DNA from: Candidatus Dojkabacteria bacterium
GTDB lineage: Bacteria > Patescibacteriota > Dojkabacteria > J137
Length of the DNA: 64,000 nt
NCBI GenBank assembly: GCA_040006935.1
Contig: JBDTVZ010000001.1
Location: 231,772 to 295,771, forward strand
Direction: 5' to 3'
This document shows, piece after piece, positions 1-10,100 of the stretch. The position numbers and the translations under genes were made by a program. Position 1 is the stretch's first letter. Every line of letters begins with the position of its first letter. Below the pieces are notes generated by a model. The model did not search any database and had not been told where the DNA came from. It saw only the letters and a program-made list of their open reading frames with translations.

Positions 1-1752
1 GGAGGGGATGTTATTTCTTTCATAGGCGATTTTGGTGTTGGAGATTATAACAATGATGGCTTGAATGATATAGCAATGAGCTCACAAAATGCTAATTCAT
101 TTGCTGGAGGGGTATGGGTAGTAATGTTTCAAGGTAGCTTGATAACGAATCTAGACTCAGTATTAACTGCTTATCTTGCAAATGATAATTCGACGGACGT
201 TTCAGTAACAAGGCAGACAGCGATTCAGAATATAAGAGTATTCAAAGGTAGCACGCCAATAGCAGAAGTCTCTGTGGACTTCCCAGCAAATTCTTTTGCA
301 GATAAAAATTGGGGCAGTGTTTCTGCTGATACCGATACAACTCTAGGAAAATCCTTTACCAATAGTTTATTCACGGCAGAAGGTGTTAATGGAACAGTAT
401 CACTATATATTCCAATTACATTAAGTACAGCTGGAGGCACAGTAGTAATTTGCCCTAATGCATTTTCATTATCAGAAGTAAGTTTGCTATGTCCAAATAG
501 AGTTGAATTTGCAAATGGACAAACGCAAAATGTTGCAGGCTCATCTGTTACTGTAACTCAAGAAAATATTTTGGGAATAATTTATTGGAAAGCAACTGGG
601 AATACTGCAGTAGGAGGGATATCCAAAGCACCAGTTATAGTTCCTCCTCCAGCAGGAGTTGGTAGTCCAGGTCCTACATCATTCCCAACTTCTTTCCCAA
701 CGAATTCTGGTGGTGGTAGAACTATAGACACCTCAGAAGATTTACCAGTTAATACAGGAAAAATTAATCCAGATATTATAGATATTTCAATGAATATCCT
801 AAAGAACGAAGCAGTGAGAGTTGCTCCCGAAGTATTATTAGGAGCTTTAGCAGTTGCATATATTTTTTCAATAGGTGCAATTACACTTGGAGTTTTTGGA
901 TTAGGTGGAACGCATTTTGGATTAGATTTATTTTTAAATATTCTGAGAATTTTAGGATTATTACCTAAGAAAAGGAAACAGGGTTATGTTTATAGTACAG
1001 ATAGCAAGAATGGTATTTCCCTGGCATTAGTGGATATTATTGATGCACGAAGCAATAGGTATATTTCCTCGATGATTACAGATTTCGATGGTTCTTATTA
1101 CGAACCATATTTAGAAAAAGGTAGTTACTTATTTAAAGCAAGACAAGCTGAGTATAGTTTCCCAACTCAAAATCAAAGGCCTGCGGGGCTTTCCGTTTAT
1201 GATTACTATAAAGGAGAAAATGTTGCAGTAATTACAGATCGAGTAGAGCAAGCAATTGTAGTACCTATGGATCAACATGAACAATGGATGACTTCCCAGC
1301 AAGGTAAAGATTCTACAAATATATTCTGGATTCAAATAATAAATGTATTGAATTGGTTTGTAATACCTTTCTGGGTTTTATCTGTTCTAGTTGCATTAAC
1401 TAACCCAGATACTTTCAATATTATAATTGCAGCATTCTATACAATATTAATTTTATTCAGAGTTAAAGATCTATTAAAAAGACCAAGCCTAAATGGAATA
1501 GTCACTAATAGAATGAATGGAAACCCTGTGCATGGTGCCGTTGTACAACTTAAAGATAGAGATGGTCAATTGATAGGAATTAGTAGAAGTGACAAAAAAG
1601 GAGAATATGAATTTTTTGTCCCAAGAGGAAAATATTCACTATTTATAAGTTCCGATGGATATATTAGTGGAGAAGGTATTGGAAGTTCTATCCGACAAGT
1701 CAATTTAGGCGAAATACATTCGCAAGATTTTAATTTAACTCCAGTTGTTTAA
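1..1752 (+). CDS. Surface or membrane protein, 5' partial, with FG-GAP/VCBS-like repeat, TM segments and a CarboxypepD_reg-like C-terminal domain
   Basis: The reading frame is open from nt 1 (GGDVISFIGDFGVGDYNNDGLNDIAM is a DxNxDG calcium-binding repeat). Several hydrophobic helices occur mid-protein. The C-terminal stretch NGNPVHGAVVQLKDRDGQLIGISRSDKKGEYEF resembles the carboxypeptidase regulatory-like fold. Confidence 0.45.
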   Translation, partial: GGDVISFIGDFGVGDYNNDGLNDIAMSSQNANSFAGGVWVVMFQGSLITNLDSVLTAYLANDNSTDVSVTRQTAIQNIRVFKGSTPIAEVSVDFPANSFADKNWGSVSADTDTTLGKSFTNSLFTAEGVNGTVSLYIPITLSTAGGTVVICPNAFSLSEVSLLCPNRVEFANGQTQNVAGSSVTVTQENILGIIYWKATGNTAVGGISKAPVIVPPPAGVGSPGPTSFPTSFPTNSGGGRTIDTSEDLPVNTGKINPDIIDISMNILKNEAVRVAPEVLLGALAVAYIFSIGAITLGVFGLGGTHFGLDLFLNILRILGLLPKKRKQGYVYSTDSKNGISLALVDIIDARSNRYISSMITDFDGSYYEPYLEKGSYLFKARQAEYSFPTQNQRPAGLSVYDYYKGENVAVITDRVEQAIVVPMDQHEQWMTSQQGKDSTNIFWIQIINVLNWFVIPFWVLSVLVALTNPDTFNIIIAAFYTILILFRVKDLLKRPSLNGIVTNRMNGNPVHGAVVQLKDRDGQLIGISRSDKKGEYEFFVPRGKYSLFISSDGYISGEGIGSSIRQVNLGEIHSQDFNLTPVV

Positions 1753-1788
1753 TAGTATAATCATCAAAATAATTATTAAGCAATTAAT

Positions 1789-2778
1789 ATGAAAATTAAA
1801 ATCACAGAATTAGAAAATCTAGTACACAAAGCTATTCTTAAATATGGTTATTCAGAAAAAGAAACTAATGTAATACAAGAAATTTTAATATTTGCTCAAC
1901 TCAGAGGAAATAATCAAGGAGTTGTGAAGTTAATAGGAAAAGGAATTCCTAAGAGAGAAATAGCAGCAAAACCAAAGATAATTAAAGAAACTCTAGTTTC
2001 TGCACTTGTAGATGGAAATGCTACACATGCAATGATTGTTATGGACTATTTAGTAGATCTTGCAGTTGAAAAAGCTAGGAAATCCGGAATAGGAATTGCA
2101 GGAAATTTCAATACATCAGAATCTACCGGAGCATTAGGATATTATGTAAATAAGATTGCTGAAAAGGGGTTAATAGGCTTAGCCTTTGCATCAGCACCAT
2201 TTCAAACAACTGCACCCGAAGGTTCAAATGAAGCAAAATTCTGCACAAATCCACTAGCTTATGGAATTCCTACAGAAAAGGACCCGATCATTTTAGATAT
2301 GTCTACTTCTGCAATGGCATATTATGGATTAATTGAAGCCAAAACTGCTGGGAAAGAGGTTGCAAAAGGAACAGGTTATGATTCAGAAGGAAACGAAACT
2401 ACAAATCCCGCAGAAATTATGTCGGGTGCTCTTAAAACCTTTGGCGGACATAAGGGATCAGGTTTAGCATTAGTAGTTCAAGTATTAGCTGGAATTTTTG
2501 TTGGTTCTGAGTCTTTCAATAGTGATAGTGATAATGCTGGGAATCTAGTTATGGCAATTGATCCTGAAATGTTTATTTCTTCTGATAAATTTAAGAAAGA
2601 TGTTTCTGAAATGATTTCAAATATAAAATCTGCGAGAAAGTTACCAGGAGTAGATGAAATTCTTGTACCAGGTGAACGAGGAAATAAGTACAAAGATAGT
2701 AATATTAAAAAAGGCGAAATTGAAATTGAAGAAAATTTACTAAAAAGCTTGAGGAACCTGGTAGAGGAATTGCCCTAA
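1789..2778 (+). CDS. Ldh_2 family (malate/L-lactate/sulfolactate) dehydrogenase
   Basis: 329 aa. A GGHKGSGLALVVQVLAG block and overall layout resemble Pfam Ldh_2. Confidence 0.55.
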   Translation: MKIKITELENLVHKAILKYGYSEKETNVIQEILIFAQLRGNNQGVVKLIGKGIPKREIAAKPKIIKETLVSALVDGNATHAMIVMDYLVDLAVEKARKSGIGIAGNFNTSESTGALGYYVNKIAEKGLIGLAFASAPFQTTAPEGSNEAKFCTNPLAYGIPTEKDPIILDMSTSAMAYYGLIEAKTAGKEVAKGTGYDSEGNETTNPAEIMSGALKTFGGHKGSGLALVVQVLAGIFVGSESFNSDSDNAGNLVMAIDPEMFISSDKFKKDVSEMISNIKSARKLPGVDEILVPGERGNKYKDSNIKKGEIEIEENLLKSLRNLVEELP

Positions 2779-2830
2779 AATGCCAGAAATTTTTAACAAA
2801 AACCTAAAATCCTTCTAAGATTAGGCTAAT

Positions 2831-2880
2831 TTTGTCAGAAAAAAGTGAGAAAATGTCAAAATTTGTATTGCAATACATTT
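2831..2880 (+). promoter_or_regulatory. Conserved upstream motif copy 1 (TTGTCA ... AAAATGTCAAAATTTGTATTGCAATACATT), putative promoter/operator of the RHS operon
   Basis: A near-identical ~35-nt motif recurs at 14141..14195. It contains the perfect palindrome TGTATTGCAATACA about 53 nt upstream of the 2933 start codon. Confidence 0.35.
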
Positions 2881-2932
2881 TTTTTATTCCTTTTTTAGGT
2901 TAGAATCCATTAGTAAAAATTTATATACTAAA

Positions 2933-4165
2933 TTGAGATTCTGCATGAATACGAGAATAAATTTAAAAAACCTTATGAAATCACGCAAGCGATTTTTAAT
3001 TTTATTGTTAATAATTGCATTTTTTATTGCAGGTATATTATTTTTAGGTCAAAACAATCCGCAGTTTATTACAAATGAGCAAATAAAAGGCCCAGATGCA
3101 CCAGTAAACCAAAGTGTTAGCGCAGAAGATTTAAATTTAAACTTGGATAAGTCAAGAGTTCTAATGTCTCAGGATGGAAATTCCATGCTAATACTTAAGG
3201 AAATTGATGAAAGAACTTCTTCTTTAACTACAACAACATATAGCCTCACGCTAAATAATAGCAAAGGAGAAATACTCAAAGTAATAGAAGAGAATAACAT
3301 TATAAATTCCAATTTTATTGATAATAATTTTATAGCCTATCAAATTATCGGTGACAATGCAGGAATATATAGATATGATATGTTAAACAATACAAAGCTT
3401 TTAATTCAAGAAACTTCTGACACAGAAGCGTTTAAATACTTTGCCTTTCTAAACTCAGATGAATATTTGCGCATTCAACCAAGAACTGGACAGGTTGGTT
3501 TAGTGAAAATATCTATTGGAGCAGATTTCCCATTAGGAGAGAAAGTGATTCCTACATTAGGAAGTTATTCTTCAACAAGTGCTTATTCTTGGCCAGCAGC
3601 ATCACCAGATAGTAAATATATAACTCTTCTGGATTCAGCTGGAGAAAATGGAACAGAATTAATTGTAACCTTTACTGGTAATCAAAATATCAATAAGCAA
3701 TACTTAAACATACCCATTGGCAACTTCCCTAGCCAATTAGCAAGTAATGACGCACCCATAAGCTGGAGTTCGGATAGCAAAATATTAATATTAGGCTATT
3801 TTGGAATTGCAGTAAATCTTGAGGATAAGTCTATTATTTATAATGCTGGTAGTAACACCTTTGGAATGAAATTATCTCCTGATAATACGTTATTATTAGT
3901 AAATAAAACGGAAGCACCTACAATAGAGAGCTTTGATAACAAACAAGCTTATAATTTACCTCCATATATTTCCGATTTCGGTTGGTTAAGTAATAAGTAT
4001 GCAATTTTAGTAATAGGGCAAAACTTATATTTATATAATATTTCTAATAGTGAACTCACAAAAGTTATCGAAGATATTGCAGATTTCCAGATAGTACATA
4101 CTGATGGGAATGGGAATGCTGTTATAAAAAAAGATTCTACTTTATTAAAAGTTACAACAATATAA
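2933..4165 (+). CDS. Signal-anchored secreted protein with PD40/TolB-like beta-propeller repeats
   Basis: N-terminal hydrophobic segment. Repeated SPDSKYITLL / SSDSKILIL / SPDNTLLL blades. The stop lies 1 nt before the RHS gene start, suggesting translational coupling. Confidence 0.4.
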   Translation: MRFCMNTRINLKNLMKSRKRFLILLLIIAFFIAGILFLGQNNPQFITNEQIKGPDAPVNQSVSAEDLNLNLDKSRVLMSQDGNSMLILKEIDERTSSLTTTTYSLTLNNSKGEILKVIEENNIINSNFIDNNFIAYQIIGDNAGIYRYDMLNNTKLLIQETSDTEAFKYFAFLNSDEYLRIQPRTGQVGLVKISIGADFPLGEKVIPTLGSYSSTSAYSWPAASPDSKYITLLDSAGENGTELIVTFTGNQNINKQYLNIPIGNFPSQLASNDAPISWSSDSKILILGYFGIAVNLEDKSIIYNAGSNTFGMKLSPDNTLLLVNKTEAPTIESFDNKQAYNLPPYISDFGWLSNKYAILVIGQNLYLYNISNSELTKVIEDIADFQIVHTDGNGNAVIKKDSTLLKVTTI

Positions 4166-4166
4166 T

Positions 4167-7100
4167 ATGCTCAAGAAACTACTTATTGTTACATTTTTAT
4201 TTCTATTCTTAACTTCCACAACTGGGAAAGTTGCTGCATTCTCATTCGATCCATTTGATAAATATGGGAAATTTCTACCTTGGCTAACTAATCCATCGTG
4301 GAGAGATAACCAACAAATGGTAATCACTTCTACCCCAAATGGACATCTTTCCAACTTTGGTTATAGAGCAGTTGATTTTGCAAGAAACGGTGGGGACGCA
4401 GCTACGATAGGTATTCCCGTTTTAGCTATTTCTGATGGAGTTGTGGAGAAAGTTGGTAATGATCCTCAAGGATGGGGGAACTATGTAATACTTGATCATC
4501 AGAATGGGTACAAAACAAGATATGCACATTTAGGCCTAGTAGTATTAAATAGTAGTGATGTGGGACATGCGATTAGAAGAGGGCAGGAAATTGGGGAATT
4601 TGGAAATACTGGACGTGTTACTAGTGCAAATTTGGAATTAGAAATGATGAATTCAGCTAATGGTGCAATTGACCCTATTGCAGATGGGAGAGCTTTCCAA
4701 GGATTTATTTCAAATAGTCAAGTGAGTGTATCTTGGCAAAGCCCAATTACTAGCTTTAACCACGATCACGCCTTTGTTAAATCCACAAATGATGTAAGGC
4801 CAAATGATCCCGGGAATCCTTGGGATCCACCTGTTATAGACCCATTAGACAGATATTTACAAAATTATGGATATTTATTCCCAAGTGGAATGGTTGCAGA
4901 ACCTATCAATACTGCATTAGGATCTTTTTTACATAGAAGCAATGATTTAGAATTTAATAATCCTTCTGGACCAGAATTTAAATTTGAGAGAGTTTCTAAT
5001 TCTCCAGATCAATTTATAGGATTTAATGGTTTAGGTTGGACAAATACATTCAATATTAAAGTTCTTGCGAACCCAGATAATACTTTCTCTGTGAAATTTG
5101 AAGATGGTAGAGGAGAAAGTTTCAAAGAAGTCGATACTGACCCAAACACATACACAAGAGATTTTCAGAAACTAACTGCAGAAAGTTTAGGAACATTAGT
5201 AAGACTTGATGCAAGTAATAATTATAGATTTCAATATACATCGGGAGATAAAACAATATATCTATTCAATTCGGATAAAGGTTCTTTAGCTTGGGGAAAA
5301 ATTGAAAAAATTACTTCAGTTGATGGAAAATCTATTAATTTTATTTACGATTCAAACGGGAATTTACAAAAAGCATCTGATTCATTTGGAAATTGGATGA
5401 CATTATCTTTTGGGCAAGATAAATTACTAGACACTTTAACAGGTTCTGATGGCTCTGTAATAAATTATTCATATAACTTTGATGGTCGATTAACTTCAGT
5501 TACAAAAAATAACGGTGGTGCATGGACTTACGCATATGATAGTCAAGGACGAATTACAACTATCATAGATGCAGAAGGTAAAACAGTTGTTGCAAAAAAT
5601 ACTTACGATAGTGCAGGAAGAGTAATTGAACAAATAGATGGAAATGGTGGAACAACAAAATTAGAATATACCTCCGACGCTTCCAATAATAAGTCTACAA
5701 AAATTACAGATCCATTAGGAAATGTCACAGTTCAGCTTCATAATGCAAATAACTATTTAACTGAAGAAGATAGAGCAGATGGGACTTCGATTAAGAAAGA
5801 ATACAACGCACAAGGTAAAGTAACAAAAGAAACAAATGAGTCAGCAGTCGCAACATTATATGAGTATGATGCTAATGGCAATACTACAAAGGAAACTCAT
5901 GCTGATGGTTATATAAAAGAAACTAAATATAGCTCACAAAATCTTCCAATAGAAATAAAAGATCCATCTGGAATTATTTCGATGGAATACAATAATGCTG
6001 GAAGAAAAACAAAAGTAACTGATCAGTTAGGTTCTGTATCTACTTATCTATATGATGCAAATAATAATTTAATAAAAGAAATTAATAATAATGGTAATGC
6101 AAAAGTATATGCATACAATGCAAATGGACACTTAGTTGAACAAAGTGATTTTTCAACTTCCTCTGATTTGAAATATGAGTATGATGCTCGAGGAAACCAA
6201 ACTAAAGTAACAGATGCTTTGAATAATGTTTCTACTTTTACATATGACGGAAGGAATCATTTAGTAAAGAGTACAGATAGTAGAGGAAGTGTGAAGACTT
6301 ATGCATACGATAGAAATGGCAACCTTGCATCCGAAACGGACGAAGCTGGTGCTGTCAAAACTTATAGAAGTGATAATAATGAAAATATTGTTGAAATTGC
6401 TTATCCAAGCCAGTACTTACAATATCCTACAAAACAAGTTGGAATATTAAATAATAGCAATACTTTAATTGATGAAAAATTTAATACTAACTTATCAAGG
6501 TGGGATGTTTCAAATAGTAATGTGCAAATTATTGGGAAAACTTTATTAACTAAAAATAAAACAACAGACTCTAAAATATATTCAGTGTGGTTAGAACCAA
6601 AGCTTGATCAAGAGTATTGGTTATCTGCTTTGTATAAAACTGCCAATGCTACTGCTCCTCAATTTAATATTGAAATGTATGATGCAAACTTTAATTTTGT
6701 AAGGAATGCAAAACCACTGGGATTAACTTGGAATGGTGGTACTTTTGACGGTTGGGATAACGAATACCGAAATGCATTCTACTTCCCAGAGGATTTGTGG
6801 AAAGGAAGTCAGGTTTCAATTATCAAATATGCTCGTTTAATTATCACTCTACCGGCTGGAAGTAATGGAACTGAAGGTACAACTATTTTGGATGATATTT
6901 ATTTAGGGCATTTGAATAGACCAATTGCAAAAATTATTAATTACAAAGGAGGTTGGTTAGGTGAGAAAATGATTTTAGATGCAACAGGTAGTTGGGATTT
7001 TGAAACTAATATTAAGAAAGCATATTGGACAGAAATAACTGGACCTGAAGTTTCAATTAATGAGGAATCCAACAAACTTATGAGTAGTTTTGTAATTCCA

Positions 7101-10100
7101 GCGCTGGATAAAGATACTGCATTTACTTTCAGATTAATTGTAGAAGATGGGAATGGAGTTAGAAGTATTGCCAGAACAAAAACCCTTGTTATTAAAAAGA
7201 ATACATTACTCCCAACAGAACTTAATAATGTAAGTAATGAAGTTCAGGATGATTTTATTGATCCGAACGACCCAACTTCACAAATTGATACGAGCTCCCC
7301 ACCAATTCTTGTAAATGTTACAGAGCAATTTGAATACGACAAAAATAATAATCGAATAAAGTATAAAGATAAAAATGGAAATATTACTAGGTATACATAC
7401 AACAATCGAAATGAATTAATTAAAACCGATAGTTATGGAGCAGGAGTTTCAATACTAAGCTCACAAATTTTTGCCTATGATAAAGTTGGAAATATTATTA
7501 AGAAAACTGATTTAACTTCTCCTGGAATTAACCAAGATGGAAACATAACTAGATTTATTTACGATTCTTTAAACAGAATTACAGAAACAATAAATCCTGA
7601 TGGAAAATCTCAAAAAATTAAATATGACATTCTTGGAAGAGTTATCGAAAAAACGGATTTAGAAGGAAATGTAACTAAATACGAATACGATGCATTAGGA
7701 AGAAATACTAAAATGATTGATTCTAGCAATGCAGCTACCATATATAGTTACGATAGAGTAGGCAATATGATAAAAAAAATTGATACTCTTGGAAACGCAA
7801 CTATTTATGCATACGATTCTTCAGGAAGAACTAGTGGGGTAAGAAATGCTATAGGAGATGTTGCTAATTATGTTTACGACTCAGTTGGAAATTTAATTGG
7901 TCAGAGAAATTTTGCAGGAGAATTAACAATTTTATCTTACGATGGGAATAATAATCTAATTGGGCAAACAAATACATTAAATTTAAAAACAAATTTTGAA
8001 TACGATTCTCGAAATAATTTAACAAAAATTACAGATCCAAATGGAGATTATACAACCTATAATTACGATGCAATGGGAAATAAAGTTAGAGAAGTAGATG
8101 CTTTAGGACAACAAAAAAATCTGGTGTACGATAATAATGGAAACCTAATTCAATTTACTGGAGAAAATGGCGAAAGTATTAAGACAAGTTATGATGGCCT
8201 TAATAGAAAAATTGCAGAAGTGGATCAGAAAGGGAATACTGTAAAATATCAATACGATTCACTAGGTAATGTTATAAGCCAGACAGATAAAAATGGGAAT
8301 GGGACAAGTTATAAATACGATAAGAATAGAAACGTAATCGAAATTGTAAATGCACTTGGTGATAGTCAACGAATTGAATATAGTCCAAATGGAAACATTT
8401 TAAAGACTATCGATCCGCTAGGGAATGCTACAACATACAAATATAATAATTTAAATGAAAATATTGAAACAATAAATCCAATTGGTGGATCAATTAAATC
8501 TACTTTTGATTCATTAGGTCGATTGACATCAAAAACGGATTTACAAAATAAAGCTACAACATATGCTTACGATTCATTAGGAAATGTAATAAAAATTACA
8601 GATAGAATAGGGAACGAAACTTCAATTGAGTACGACAAAGTTGGGAAAGTTATAAAAGTAACAAAACCAAATGGGGCAATATCTCAAAGTGAATACGACT
8701 CAATTGGAAGACTTGCAAAAGATATTAATGCGGAAAATGGAGTTACAACTTACGGTTACGACAGTGCTTCAAACTTAATCTCTACAACATTGCCAAATAA
8801 TATTACAACTAGCTTTGGATATGATTCATTAAATAGAAAAGTCCATGAAAGTGTTGCAGGAGTTTCTAAGAGTAGTGAGTACGATTCAATTGGAAGACTT
8901 ATTAAAAGTATAGATGCTAATGGGAATCAAACTAGTTATCAATATGATTCCGTAAATAATATTGCAAAAGTTACAAATCCAAGAGGCTTTAGTACTAATT
9001 TTGAATACGACAATAATGGAAATTTAACTAAAGTCACAAATGCAAAGGGCACTGCTACAACTTTTGAATATAATGGATTAAATCTTCAAACAAAAACTAC
9101 ACAAGCAGATGGAACAACTCTATCGCAAGTTTATGATAAAGATGGAAGAGTAGTGAAAAGTATTGATCCAAAAGGAAATTCTATAGGGAATTCTTACGAT
9201 GCTCTTGGAAGAATTGTAAGTAATAAAAATCAGTTAGGAAATTCAACAAGTTATGAATTTGATGCAAATGGTAATGTAGTTAAAAAAACTGACGCGGAAG
9301 GTAACCTTACAAAGTATGCATATGATAGTTTAGATAGATTAGTCAAAGTTACAGATGCTTTAAATCACGATACTAACTATGAATATGATAATGTTGGAAA
9401 TTTAACTAAGGAGATTAATGCCAATAATAAATCGACTATAAGAAATTATAATAAATTGAATCAGTTGAAGGAGGAAACAGATCCTCTTGGAAATAAAGTT
9501 AGTTATAGCTACGATTTAGCGGGAGATTTAGTTTCTAAAGTTAAAGCCGATGGAACTGTAGTAGGTTACTCATATGATGCTTTAAATAGATTAAACACTA
9601 TTGGATTTAGTGATTCTAATCAAAATGTAAATTATGAGTATGACAATGCTGGAAATATTACAAAAATACAAAAAGGTAATAGTGTAGTTTCATTTATTTA
9701 TGATGAGAATTCAAATCTAATTTCTGCAACACAAGATGGAAATTCTACAGTTTCTTATAGTTACGATGAACTTAATAACCAGTCTCAAATTAGGTATCCT
9801 AACCAAACAATTGCTGAATTTGACTATACGGCTTTGAATCAAGTCAAAGATTTGAGCATTAAAAAGAATTCTGCAATTTCTACAACTCAATTTGGTTACG
9901 ATGCCAACGGGAATTTAACTTCTCAGGTTAATCCAAATGGGTCCCAAATTTCTAAAGATTATGATAATACAAATAGATTAACTAAAGTTTCTGATATTTC
10001 AATTACTCACGATAGCGAGGGCGTGACAAACACATCTAATATTGCAGAGTTTAATTATAGTTTAGATAAAAACGGAAATAAGTTGAGCGAAGGATTTAAG

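Noticed and set aside
225-440. Short antisense or embedded ORFs inside large genes (for example 225..440, 1129..1335, 2478..2693, 11010..11231, 11744..12238, 27340..27522, 31385..31576, 32797..32985, 33158..33484, 61015..61371)
   Set aside because: They are fully contained within much longer ORFs with strong family signatures. Their low-complexity translations (His/Leu-rich, Pro-rich) mirror the Gly-rich sense strand. No independent signals.
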